This document shows positions 48,962-58,643 of a stretch of 64,000 nt of DNA, one piece after another. The stretch comes from an uncultured Alphaproteobacteria bacterium (GTDB lineage: Bacteria > Pseudomonadota > Alphaproteobacteria > RF32 > CAG-239). The notes below the pieces were generated by a model. It had not been told where the DNA came from and made no database searches. It saw only the letters and a program-made list of their open reading frames with translations. Position 1 is the first letter of the stretch, and every line of letters starts with the position of its first letter. The translations under genes were made by a program, and so were the position numbers. Location: assembly GCA_902464275.1 (NCBI GenBank), contig CABQIK010000004.1, positions 18,479 through 82,478 of the forward strand, in the 5' to 3' direction.

Positions 48962-48972
48962 TTTTGAATTTC

Positions 48973-50298
48973 CTATTTATATGCAACCAGTTCAGCGTCA
49001 TCGGTAACAAACACAACAGTTTGCTCAGCCGCAATCGGAGCTGACGGAATCGGTGAGTTTAAGCTGATTTTATTTAATATTTTTCCGTTTTGCGGCGATA
49101 CGGCATAAGTTGTTCCGTCAGATGAGGTAACTAGCAGTTGGCTATTTACCATTACCGGACCGCTTAAATAAATATCGGAGCGGTCTTTTAAATCATAATC
49201 GTCAAGCAACGGCGCAGACCACAAAATTTGCCCGTTTTGTTTGTTAAGAGCAATAAGCTCATGACTGTTGGTTAATACAAACAAATAGTTTCCGGCTACC
49301 CACGGCATGTTGGTTCCGCCTAATTTTTGCTTCCAGATAATTTCGCCGGTGCGGTAATTTACGGCGGCAAGCAAGTCATTATGACCGATGGCATAAACAG
49401 TTTCATGGTCAATAACCGGCGAGGCTTTTACGGCGTTAATTGCAGTTGAAAAGTTAGATTGAGCAGAATCAATTAAAGCTACCGTCCACGCCGGATAGCC
49501 GATGTCGGCATTAAAAGCCTGAATATCGCCGTTGGAAAATCCGGCAACCGCAAAGCTTTTGTCTGCCGAACAGGCCGGAGCAGAGGTTCCTGCCAAAACC
49601 GTATCTTCAGCCGAAATGTTATATTTCCAAACCTCGTCACCGGTTTTGGTGTTTAAGGCTAACAAGCGATTGTCTAAGGTTTGTACCAAAAGCTTATTGG
49701 CGCAAACGGCGGGAGCCGTTCGGAGCGGAGTATCTAAATCTTTGCGCCATAAAATTTTGCCGGTGGTTTTATCAAGGGCAAAAACACTGCCGAATCCGGC
49801 GGCGGCATAAATACCGTCGGCATCGGCGGCCAGTCCGGCGCCGTTCAGCCCGTTTTCATTTTCAAACTTGCCGGCAGGTTTAAGTTTTTGCTTCCAAATT
49901 TTGCGGCCGTCAGTTAATGAAAAAGCGCTCACTGTTCCGTTTACGTCTTGCGCAAATACGGTGTTTTTGTAAATTATCGGAGAGGCAAGCAACAAATTGC
50001 GTTTGGAACTGCCTTTACCGAAATTTTGTTCCCAAACTTTTTGCATATTGTCGCCGGCTTGAACGTTGGCGAGGTTGTGAGCGGCATTGCCGCCGGTTTG
50101 ACTCCATGATAAATTGTTTGTTGCGGCCGGAATTTCAGTTGCCGGAATTGAAACGGCGGCAAAATCAACCGCGTCATCTGCCGCAAGCACTGAAACTCTG
50201 GTGCCGGTCGGGAGTTTTTTGTCGCTTGAAAAAATTCCGCATGAAGACAAAAGCACGGCAAGCAAACAAGCGCCTATTAAATTGGGTTTTGTAAACAA
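48973..50298 (-). CDS. bamB: outer membrane protein assembly factor BamB
   Basis: Lipobox LLSSCG; PQQ-like beta-propeller repeats; conserved position between yfgM and der. Confidence 0.8.
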   Translation of the reverse strand: MFTKPNLIGACLLAVLLSSCGIFSSDKKLPTGTRVSVLAADDAVDFAAVSIPATEIPAATNNLSWSQTGGNAAHNLANVQAGDNMQKVWEQNFGKGSSKRNLLLASPIIYKNTVFAQDVNGTVSAFSLTDGRKIWKQKLKPAGKFENENGLNGAGLAADADGIYAAAGFGSVFALDKTTGKILWRKDLDTPLRTAPAVCANKLLVQTLDNRLLALNTKTGDEVWKYNISAEDTVLAGTSAPACSADKSFAVAGFSNGDIQAFNADIGYPAWTVALIDSAQSNFSTAINAVKASPVIDHETVYAIGHNDLLAAVNYRTGEIIWKQKLGGTNMPWVAGNYLFVLTNSHELIALNKQNGQILWSAPLLDDYDLKDRSDIYLSGPVMVNSQLLVTSSDGTTYAVSPQNGKILNKISLNSPIPSAPIAAEQTVVFVTDDAELVAYK

Positions 50299-50322
50299 TG
50301 TTTATCTCCGAATAACCAGAAT

Positions 50323-51051
50323 TTATAAACCGTTTAAGGTTGAAAGCATATCTTGAATACGGCTTTTGAAGTTGTCAGAAATATTGCCGTTTTCTAACAA
50401 AGATTTATACAAAGCGCGAGCCGTTTCGGTGTCGCCGTCACGAATGGCGGCCATGGCCAACAAATCGGTGGCCAGAGGCGACCAAGAGTTGTCAGCGGCA
50501 ATAACCGGCTGTAACAAAGCTTCAATTTCAGCGCGCGGAGCGGTATCAATTTTGTAGGTGGCAAGTTTTAAGGCCGCCAAATTGCGGATGCGCGGATTGA
50601 GCTCGTCATTGTCGGCAATGGTTTGAAGCATGGTTTCAGCCTCAGCGTTTTTGCCTTGTTCAAACAAAACGGTGGCAATTTGAACGCGAGCCAACTCGCT
50701 GTAAACGCCCTGATTGGCGGCGGCGATTTTTTCAAGCGCTTTAAGACTGTTTTCATAATTTTCTGATGATTGCAATGCCGATAAATAGTTTTCGGTTTGC
50801 TGCTGATATTTAGCATCACGCCAACCTTTAATGGTTTCAAAGCTGACGGCGGCGGTAACGGCAATTACTACAAACAAAATGATAAATAAACCGTATTTGT
50901 TCCACAAAACTTTAAGATTTTCATTTTTAACGTCTTCGGTTACTTCCTGAATAAAGGCGTCGGTAACTTTGTCGTCAACCTGATAAGAGCTGTGTCTGTT
51001 TACAGAAGGTTCTTTGTTTTCCAAAGCTTTTTTGGTGGTGTTTTTTTTCAT
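50323..51051 (-). CDS. YfgM-like membrane-anchored TPR protein
   Basis: N-terminal single TM, TPR-like C-terminus, 242 aa, synteny with bamB-der. Confidence 0.65.
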   Translation of the reverse strand: MKKNTTKKALENKEPSVNRHSSYQVDDKVTDAFIQEVTEDVKNENLKVLWNKYGLFIILFVVIAVTAAVSFETIKGWRDAKYQQQTENYLSALQSSENYENSLKALEKIAAANQGVYSELARVQIATVLFEQGKNAEAETMLQTIADNDELNPRIRNLAALKLATYKIDTAPRAEIEALLQPVIAADNSWSPLATDLLAMAAIRDGDTETARALYKSLLENGNISDNFKSRIQDMLSTLNGL

Positions 51052-51144
51052 GGTATTAATTCCTTGCTAAAAAAATAAATTGCTTTCAGTATAGTATAAA
51101 ATATTTGTATATCAATCGGTTTGTTAATAAAATTACCAATTATT

Positions 51145-52332
51145 TTATAAGTCGCGGCTTATTTCATTAATTAAAATTCCGCGCACCCATCTTAACCCTT
51201 CAACCGGAAGCTTGTTGCCGAATATAATGGTGCCTTTGTCTGAAACAATGGCTAAAAAATAACTTTCGGAAGTGGGGGTAAAATTAATGTCTATGCCTTT
51301 TAATTCGCTGAATTTGACCACACCGTCACGAACCCGCAGAAAACCGATTTTGCGGAAAAGGTAAATATGGTCTTTGCTGATGATGATAATGTCTTTGCTG
51401 ATAAGGCTTAAAAAAGCATAAATTATAACCGAGAGTAAAAAAGCGTAAAAGATGATTACGGCATCATACGGAAGGTGCTGAATAAGAATATCATGATTTA
51501 TACCCGCGTATATAAGCAAACTGCCGAAAGCGGCAATGGCAAACATGCTTAAAAAGCTGTATGCGTCAAAAAACAATTTGCGGATTTTTATCATTTTTTC
51601 ACCGCTTTTACGGCTTTTGAAGCTGATATATGAAGGTTTTTCCTGATGGTAAGCAAAATCTTTGGGCAGGTGCCACTTAGCCACAACCTCGGGGTATGAG
51701 CGGCTGAGGTCGTTAAAATTGTGCGAAACCATCCCTTTTTCAGAAATGGTCAGCGCGGGCATGCGCAGTATTTGCGCGTATTCTTTCCACAATTTGCGAA
51801 TGTGGTGTTTGCTTGTGCTGATATAAAGAGGTATGGTTTTGGCCGGGTCTTTGTGATAAAGTTCTATAATAAATTTGTTTTTGTTGAAAAGTCCGTACTG
51901 ATAAAATTTTACCCGCAAGCGCACGCCGGAATAATTGTAAAGACGCTCGGAAAAGCTGTAACTTTTGCTGAACAACGGCTGATTTTTGACCATAACCGTA
52001 TCGCCGTCAAAAAAGATGATTTTGTAACGCAACATGCGAATAAAAGCATTTAAAATCAGTCCGATGCCCAAAACAAGCAGCAAAGAGTTAAAAACTATCG
52101 GCGGCACAAAGGTGTGAATTTTAATGGTAGTGCGCGGCAGATTGTTTTCTAAATCAGCAACACCGTTGAATGAAAAGTTAAAAATCTGGTATAGCCCGAT
52201 AAGGCACAGCAATGCTCCGCAAAGAGCCGAAATTATTAAAATCAGCCGTGAAAACCTGTCAACTCCGCGGGTCGGAAGTTTGCTGATGTCAAGTTTAAAA
52301 CTGTGACTGTAATGATCGGGGTATTGCTGCAT
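51145..52332 (-). CDS. hypothetical membrane protein with two TM-hairpin plus PH-like modules (YdbT/bPH-like)
   Basis: 395 aa; two repeats of a TM pair followed by a soluble domain of about 100 aa (FFDGDTVMVKNQ…; ISKDHIYLFRK…). Confidence 0.5.
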   Translation of the reverse strand: MQQYPDHYSHSFKLDISKLPTRGVDRFSRLILIISALCGALLCLIGLYQIFNFSFNGVADLENNLPRTTIKIHTFVPPIVFNSLLLVLGIGLILNAFIRMLRYKIIFFDGDTVMVKNQPLFSKSYSFSERLYNYSGVRLRVKFYQYGLFNKNKFIIELYHKDPAKTIPLYISTSKHHIRKLWKEYAQILRMPALTISEKGMVSHNFNDLSRSYPEVVAKWHLPKDFAYHQEKPSYISFKSRKSGEKMIKIRKLFFDAYSFLSMFAIAAFGSLLIYAGINHDILIQHLPYDAVIIFYAFLLSVIIYAFLSLISKDIIIISKDHIYLFRKIGFLRVRDGVVKFSELKGIDINFTPTSESYFLAIVSDKGTIIFGNKLPVEGLRWVRGILINEISRDL

Positions 52333-52476
52333 GTTAAATTCCTTCAGGGTTAACTATATAAGGCTATATTACACCAATTAAATAAATAATCACCAAATTT
52401 TTTCAGTTTATATGAAAGTTTTGTTTGAGTTTTTTGTTTTTGTTTATATAGTAAGTACATCATCAGAGGTTTAAGA

Positions 52477-54150
52477 GTGGTTAATATGTTGTTTGTTGAT
52501 GTTTTGAGCAATGTTGCAAAGTGGCCGTATATCGGATTAAGTTTTGCGTTTTTGGGCGCGGCCGTGTTTTATGCCCGCAGTCTTAAAATAAAAAAAGGCA
52601 TAACTATATTATATGCCGGTTTGCTTTTGTTGTTTTTGAGTTCGGCTTTGCATTTTGCGGCGGGCTTTTTTTATGAGCAAGGGGTTTCGGCAAAAATTTT
52701 GGTTTTAAGCGAGATGCTGCTGATTTTAGCGGCTTCATCGCTTTTGCTGATGGCTTCATCACATATTTTGTTAGGAGAGCCGCTTAACCAAAATGTTTTG
52801 TTTTTGTTTGTTACAATCAGCCTGCTGTTGGCTTTGTACGCCGTGTTTGTGGCCGATGATGCCAATATTATCAACAACCTGCAGCAAATTTTGCCGATTG
52901 TGGGCATGAGTTATGTTTTTTTGAGCTTTGTTTCAAGGCCGAAGTTGTGGAAATCGGCGGGACGTATGACGGCAGGGGTTGCAACTTTGGGGCTGACCGT
53001 GTTGTTGCTGTTGCCGCTGATTGCCAAGGTTTCATATCCGTGGCACTTGCCGCTTGATTTGTTGGCATTGCTTGCTTTTTCATACTTTTTACTCTTAAAC
53101 GAAAGCTTAAAAGAAAAAGTTTTGCAAGCTCAGGAGATGTATCGGAAAGTTAATCAGAATATCAGCACAATTATTAAATCATCGCCGTTTCCGATAATTA
53201 TTTCGCGTTTGGGCGATGATTCTTTGGTGCTGGTTAATAAAAATGCCGCCGATTTGTTCGGTATAGATGAGAGCGAGCTGCCGCGCTATCATTTTAAAGA
53301 TTTTTTTGTTGATGCGGAAAACCGTAAACTGTTGCAGGAACGGCTTGAAAAAACGCGGCAAGTGCACGATTTTGAAATTTTGGTCAAAACCGCGTTCGGC
53401 AATACGCCGTTTTGGTTGCTAACCTCGGTTAATGTTATTGATTATAACAATGATGTGGTGCTTTATTCGGCGTTTCAGGATATTACTTCGCACAAGCGTC
53501 GCGAATCTATGTTGCAATCTCAGGCTGACCGCGATCCGCTGACTGCGGTTTACAATCGCCGCTATTTTGAAACGATGGTCGCTGAAAAAATTAAGGCGGC
53601 ACACTCTAAAAAAGAGCCTTTTGCCGTGCTGATGATTGACGCGGATAATTTTAAGCGGGTTAATGATACGTACGGGCATAAAACCGGCGATAAGGTTTTA
53701 ATGGAATTGGCGGCAAATTGTGAACGTTCATTGCGTCCTGATGATGTGGTGGCTCGTTACGGCGGTGAAGAATTTGTGGTGTTTTTGGCAAACGTAAATC
53801 CGGAAGTGGCCGTAATGGTTGCCGGCAGGCTGAAAGATGAAATTGCCAAAGCCGTGGTTTATGCGGATGATAATCGGCCGGTCAGCTTTACGGTCAGTAT
53901 CGGGGTTGCTCCCTCCGGTGTTTCAGATGAGGTCGGCTTAATGATAAAAATGGCGGATGACGCAATGTATGCGGCTAAGCAAAACGGGCGCAACAGGGTT
54001 GAGCTGTATAATTCCGCCATGGCTGAAAATATGAACAAAGCCAAAAGCGATGAAGCGGCAAGGCTTATGCACCCGATATTTTCATCAGAAGAAACGGAAG
54101 AAATTTCATTGCTTGACGGAATTGAAACCACGCACATGGCGGAGGATTAA
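52477..54150 (+). CDS. membrane sensor diguanylate cyclase (GGDEF)
   Basis: About 7 TM helices, PAS-like region, RDPLTAVYNRRYF and an intact GGEEF motif. Confidence 0.85.
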   Translation: MVNMLFVDVLSNVAKWPYIGLSFAFLGAAVFYARSLKIKKGITILYAGLLLLFLSSALHFAAGFFYEQGVSAKILVLSEMLLILAASSLLLMASSHILLGEPLNQNVLFLFVTISLLLALYAVFVADDANIINNLQQILPIVGMSYVFLSFVSRPKLWKSAGRMTAGVATLGLTVLLLLPLIAKVSYPWHLPLDLLALLAFSYFLLLNESLKEKVLQAQEMYRKVNQNISTIIKSSPFPIIISRLGDDSLVLVNKNAADLFGIDESELPRYHFKDFFVDAENRKLLQERLEKTRQVHDFEILVKTAFGNTPFWLLTSVNVIDYNNDVVLYSAFQDITSHKRRESMLQSQADRDPLTAVYNRRYFETMVAEKIKAAHSKKEPFAVLMIDADNFKRVNDTYGHKTGDKVLMELAANCERSLRPDDVVARYGGEEFVVFLANVNPEVAVMVAGRLKDEIAKAVVYADDNRPVSFTVSIGVAPSGVSDEVGLMIKMADDAMYAAKQNGRNRVELYNSAMAENMNKAKSDEAARLMHPIFSSEETEEISLLDGIETTHMAED

Positions 54151-54153
54151 AAT

Positions 54154-55294
54154 GGGGTGTGTATATCAGCAAAATTGCGGCGGTTGCTGCTTTAGAGATA
54201 AAACGCAAGAAGAATACAGAAGCTTAAAAGAACAAAAAGTTAAGGGAATTTTGAGCGCCGGTCTGAAAGAACAGGATTATAAGTGGAATAAGCCGATATT
54301 TTTGCCGGACGGAACACGTCGCCGCGCCGCGTTGGCTTTTATGCAGACTAAGGGCGGATTGTTACTCGGTTTTAATGAAAATAAAAGCAGTCAAATAGCC
54401 GATTGTGCGCAATGTTTGATGTTAACGCCGAAAATTAATGCGATTTTGCCTTCTCTCCGCAGGTTTTTAGCTGAATTTTGCGCCATAAAAGTCAGCCGAA
54501 AACTAAAGGGCAAAAAAGTTGTTGTTTCATCGGTAACTAAAGGCGATGTGCTGATTTTGGAAGCTGATAACGGACTTGATATTGTGCTTGAGGCCGATTG
54601 CGAACTGGCGCTTGATTATCGGATGGCAATTTTTGATTATGTGAATAATGAGCCCGATATTATTCGGTTTTCATTCAGGCGCAAAGCGGAAGAACAGGCG
54701 GAGCCGGTGATTGAAAAATTAAAACCGGTGGTTAAAATTGCCGGATTTGATATTTATATTGCGGCCGGAACTTTTTTGCAGGCATCGGCGGCGGGGCAAG
54801 ACGCTTTAATTTCGTTGGTGCTTAAATATATCGGCGATACCGGCGGCAAAATTGCTGATTTGTTTTGCGGAATCGGCACATTTTCATATCCGCTTGCGGC
54901 AAATAAAGAAAATAAAATTATGGCGGCAGATTTAAGCGAACCGCTTTTGGCCGGGTTTCAGGCTTCATTGAACGCGCATTTGTTGCATAATGTTAAAATT
55001 GAAAAACGCAATTTGTTTAAATATCCGTTTACGGCCGATGAGCTTAAAGAGTTTAACGCGGTGGTTTTTGACCCGCCGCGAGCCGGAGCCGCGGCGCAAG
55101 CGGCGGAGCTTGCCAAAATGGAGCAAAGCGATAAGCCTGCCATAGTGGTTGCGGTTTCATGCAATCCGCACAGTTTTGTAAATGACGCTAATGTGTTGGT
55201 TTCCGGAGGTTACAAACTTAAAGAAGTGACGATGGTTGATCAGTTTGTATATTCTAATCATGCGGAATTAGCGGCGTTGTTTACAAAAAAATAA
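54154..55294 (+). CDS. RumA/TrmA-family RNA (uracil-5)-methyltransferase (RlmD-like)
   Basis: N-terminal Cys cluster (CGGCCF), SAM-binding motif (DLFCGIGTF), C-terminal catalytic Cys region. The ATG at 54154 is preferred over the track start, which overlaps the GGDEF gene. Confidence 0.7.
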
Positions 55295-55333
55295 GCATTG
55301 CGGGTTATACTCTTAAAAAACAAAGGAGATAAT

Positions 55334-55873
55334 ATGAAAAATATTTGGTTAAGTCTGGCGGCGGTGGCTGTTTTGGGAGCTTGTTCGTTCGGAAATGATG
55401 ACGAGAATCATTTTGTGGTGGTTTCAGGCGAAGACGATACTTCTTATTTGAAGGATATTGACGCTTGTCCGAAAGTGCATATCAGACAAAATGATACTAA
55501 AATTGTGCAAATTGACGAGTATCATGAGTTGTTTACCATTGAGGCCGTCGGTTATGAAGGGCATTGCTATTATAATAAAAAGCTCGGTAAAGATAAGGCG
55601 GTGGTTAAACCCAAATTTAAAATTACCCGCATGGAAGAAAGCGATGTTACCGATGTGCATTTTTCATATTACCTTGAAACGGTTGAAGGGCCGGTTAATT
55701 ATTTAGGTAAAAAAACGTATTTTGCCGAAGCTCATATTCCGCTCGGGTCAGAGGTGTTAGATTACACTGCGGAAGGCGGCGAGCTTACCATTCCGGTTCC
55801 GGGAACGTATAATATGGATATTTATTTGGGGCTTAAAGCCAAAGCTCAAGATTTGGAATATAAAACAAAATAA
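55334..55873 (+). CDS. hypothetical lipoprotein
   Basis: MKNIWLSLAAVAVLGAC lipobox; SD aaggaga. Confidence 0.5.
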   Translation: MKNIWLSLAAVAVLGACSFGNDDENHFVVVSGEDDTSYLKDIDACPKVHIRQNDTKIVQIDEYHELFTIEAVGYEGHCYYNKKLGKDKAVVKPKFKITRMEESDVTDVHFSYYLETVEGPVNYLGKKTYFAEAHIPLGSEVLDYTAEGGELTIPVPGTYNMDIYLGLKAKAQDLEYKTK

Positions 55874-55884
55874 GGAGAAACATT

Positions 55885-57858
55885 ATGCAATATAACTATA
55901 AAGATATGGCCAACGCTATCAGATTTTTGAGCGCTGATGCCATTGATAAAGCTAATTCCGGTCATCCCGGAATGCCACTTGGTATGGCAGATGTTGCTGC
56001 TGTTTTGTTTGGTAAATTTATAAAACTTAATCCGGCAGACCCGCGTTGGTTTGACCGCGACCGCTTTGTGCTTTCAGCCGGGCACGGCTCTATGCTTTTG
56101 TACTCGCTTTTATATTTACTCGGCTATGAAGATATTAATATTGAAGATATTAAAAACTTTCGCCAACTCGGCTCTAAAACCGCCGGTCACCCCGAATACG
56201 GGCATTTGGCCGGAATTGATATGACTACCGGACCTTTAGGGCAGGGCATATCCTCGGCAGTCGGTATGGCGCTCGCAGAGCGAATTATTAACGCAAAATT
56301 CGGCGATAAGCTTTGCAATCACTACACATACGTTATTTGCGGCGACGGTTGTTTAATGGAAGGAATTTCTGAAGAAGCGGCTTCTTTAGCCGGTCACTTA
56401 AAACTAAACAAGCTTATTGTGTTGTGGGATAATAACAATATTACGATTGACGGCAATGTTTCGGCCGCAAGCTCAACCAATCAGCCGGAGCGATTTAAGG
56501 CGATGGGTTGGCACGTTATGGAAATTAACGGTCATGATTATGCTGAAATTGAAAAAGCCTTAACGGCGGCGCAAAAATCAGACAAGCCGGTATTTATTGC
56601 CTGCAAAACCACTATCGGGTTTGGCGCGCCGATGAAATGCGGAACTTCAAAATGCCATGGTTCACCGCTTGGCGAAGCCGAGACCGCGGCCATGCGTCAT
56701 GAACTGGCTTGGCCGTATCCGCCGTTTGAATTGCCGTGTGAAGTTTTAAACGCATGGCGAATCGCCGGAAATAAAAGCAAAGCGGATTATCAGTCATGGA
56801 AAAAACGCGCGCAGACCGCCGGCAAAGAATTTAGCGATTACGTAAATGATGTGTTGCCGAAAAATTGGCAGCATGACTTAAACGCCGTAAAAGAAAAAGC
56901 GATTACCGAAAAAACCAAAGTTGCCACGCGTAAAGCTTCGCAAATGTGTTTGGAAGCCATTGTTCCGAATATTCCGCAGATTGTCGGCGGTTCGGCTGAT
57001 TTGGCGGCTTCAAATTTAACCTTTGTAAACGGTATGAAGACCGTGACGGCCGCTGATTATAACGGCAATAACGTTATGTACGGAATCCGCGAGCACGCCA
57101 TGGCGGCAATTATGAACGGTATGAGCCTGCATGGCGGAGTTATTCCATACGGCGGAACTTTTTTTGTATTTTCGGATTATATGCGCCCGTCCATGCGATT
57201 GGCGGCTTTAATGGGAATTAGAGTTGTTTATGTTTTAACCCATGATTCTATCGGCGTTGGCGAAGACGGTCCGACACATCAGCCGATTGAGCAGTTGGCC
57301 TCATATCGGGCAATGCCTAATATTTACACATTCCGCCCGTGCGATGTGGTTGAAACGGCCGAGGCTTGGGAAATTGCTTTAACCTCAGAAAAAACGCCGA
57401 GCATATTGGCGCTTTCTCGCCAAGGGTTGCCGATGCTGCGCGACTCTGCGGCGGAAAATTTAACGGCTAAAGGCGGCTATATTATTTCAGACGCGCAAAA
57501 GGGTAAAAAACGCAAGACAACGATAATCGCTACCGGTTCAGAGGTATCTTTAGCGGTTGAAGCGCAAAAGCTTTTACGTGAAAAAGGGATTGAAACCGCA
57601 GTTGTTTCAATGCCGTGTACAGAACTGTTTGACAAACAGCCAAGCGACTATAAAGAAAAAGTGCTTGGTAATTGTCCGCGAATTGCCGTTGAAGCCGCCG
57701 CTAAATTCGGTTGGGAAAAATATACCGGCTTAAACGGAGCCGTCATCGGAATGGACAGCTTTGGCGCCTCCGGTCCGGCAAGTGAACTTTACCCGCATTT
57801 CGGCATTACCGCCGAGAAAGTAGTAGAGGAAGTTATAAACCTGTGTGCCGGCGTATAA
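55885..57858 (+). CDS. tkt: transketolase
   Basis: 657 aa; TPP-binding GDGCLMEG; typical Tkt N-terminus (RFLSADAIDKANSGHPG). Confidence 0.9.
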   Translation: MQYNYKDMANAIRFLSADAIDKANSGHPGMPLGMADVAAVLFGKFIKLNPADPRWFDRDRFVLSAGHGSMLLYSLLYLLGYEDINIEDIKNFRQLGSKTAGHPEYGHLAGIDMTTGPLGQGISSAVGMALAERIINAKFGDKLCNHYTYVICGDGCLMEGISEEAASLAGHLKLNKLIVLWDNNNITIDGNVSAASSTNQPERFKAMGWHVMEINGHDYAEIEKALTAAQKSDKPVFIACKTTIGFGAPMKCGTSKCHGSPLGEAETAAMRHELAWPYPPFELPCEVLNAWRIAGNKSKADYQSWKKRAQTAGKEFSDYVNDVLPKNWQHDLNAVKEKAITEKTKVATRKASQMCLEAIVPNIPQIVGGSADLAASNLTFVNGMKTVTAADYNGNNVMYGIREHAMAAIMNGMSLHGGVIPYGGTFFVFSDYMRPSMRLAALMGIRVVYVLTHDSIGVGEDGPTHQPIEQLASYRAMPNIYTFRPCDVVETAEAWEIALTSEKTPSILALSRQGLPMLRDSAAENLTAKGGYIISDAQKGKKRKTTIIATGSEVSLAVEAQKLLREKGIETAVVSMPCTELFDKQPSDYKEKVLGNCPRIAVEAAAKFGWEKYTGLNGAVIGMDSFGASGPASELYPHFGITAEKVVEEVINLCAGV

Positions 57859-58204
57859 TGGGCAGCTGCTAGGAATTTTGTCGCTCGTGTACCTTTTTGT
57901 GTACAAGTCGCTCCAAAATTCCGTCGCATTAGCCACATTCTACGCAGGCTTGGATTATTTTTTAGGATAAACATCAGAAAATCTCCTCAAATTGTTGCAT
58001 TTAAGAAGATTTTAGCTCGCGTTTTTTTTGCAATATTTACGAGTCCGGGGTGTGTATAAGTTGTATGGTTATGGGCGGGATTATTCCGCTGCGCTCCATT
58101 CACTGCGCTCATCGGCTGTTGCCGACCGGCGTTCTTTCGCCCGCCTTTCGCTTGTAGTCGAACTCACTTCTGTGATTTCGTATCACGGAATGTGCCAATT
58201 AAAA

Positions 58205-58228
58205 AGACCTCCTTAGAAGGAGGCCTAA
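58205..58228 (-). terminator. intrinsic terminator on the minus strand inside the tkt/tRNA-Arg spacer
   Basis: Minus strand GCCTCC TTCTAA GGAGGT followed by CTTTTT. Confidence 0.45.
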
Positions 58229-58230
58229 TG

Positions 58231-58360
58231 GCGGTCTTGCTTCGTAAGGCTCGCTTTTTTTCAAAAAGCTTGCCAACTACGCTTCGGGCAAAGACATTTA
58301 TGGTTCGCTGCAGTTGCTATCGCTTCCTTTGCTCACCGTAAATGTCTATACGCGCCATTA
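58231..58360 (-). ncRNA. candidate small RNA (unclassified) bounded by two intrinsic terminators
   Basis: About 130 nt with no plausible ORF. It contains an 8-bp inverted repeat GACATTTA…TAAATGTC and lies between the tRNA-Arg terminator and the 58205-58228 terminator. Confidence 0.2.
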
Positions 58361-58389
58361 AAAAAAGCACCATTAAGGTGCTTTTTTTA
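58361..58389. terminator. bidirectional intrinsic terminator downstream of tRNA-Arg
   Basis: aaaaaaagcacc attaa ggtgcttttttt, nested in a longer palindrome that includes the tRNA 3' end. Confidence 0.6.
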
Positions 58390-58390
58390 A

Positions 58391-58467
58391 TGGCGCGCCC
58401 GGCGGGATTCGAACTCACAACCTTCTGATCCGTAGTCAGATGCTCTATCCAATTGAGCTACGGGCGC
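58391..58467 (-). tRNA. tRNA-Arg (anticodon ACG), CCA encoded
   Basis: Reverse complement folds as GCGCCCG-TA-GCTC…GAGC-A-TCTGA-CTACGGA-TCAGA…TTCGAAT…CGGGCGC-G-CCA. The T-stem has one mismatch (GTGAG/CCCGC). Confidence 0.65.
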
Positions 58468-58643
58468 ATCGCGATTTATTGTGTTAATAAATCAAAACTT
58501 TTCGTTTTGCAAGCACTTTTTTGCATAATTTTTATTTTTTTGATAAAAATCTTGCTAAAACTTTAATTTCACGCTTGTATTTTAATAAAATTAACTTTAC
58601 AACTTAGTTAAACGGTTAACTAATTTACTAAAAGGCTTGTATT

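Noticed and set aside
54050-54153. Upstream extension of the RNA methyltransferase ORF (track start 54050)
   Set aside because: It overlaps the 3' end of the GGDEF gene in another frame. The Met at 54154 is preceded by the stop of the GGDEF gene and gives the conserved Cys-cluster N-terminus.
58028-58216. 62-aa Arg/Ser-rich ORF in the tkt/tRNA-Arg spacer
   Set aside because: It sits in the GC-rich structured segment, lacks an SD, and its composition looks like translated RNA stems; more likely part of a non-coding RNA region.
58000-58260. Possible two-piece tmRNA (ssrA) or RNase P RNA on the minus strand
   Set aside because: No reading frame ending in a hydrophobic …AA tag after a resume codon. 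The T-arm-like GTGAGTTCGACTAC lacks a complementary 3' stem. The universal RNase P motifs AGGAAAGUCCGGGCUCC and ACAGAAUCCGGCUUA are absent. Left as an unclassified structured RNA.
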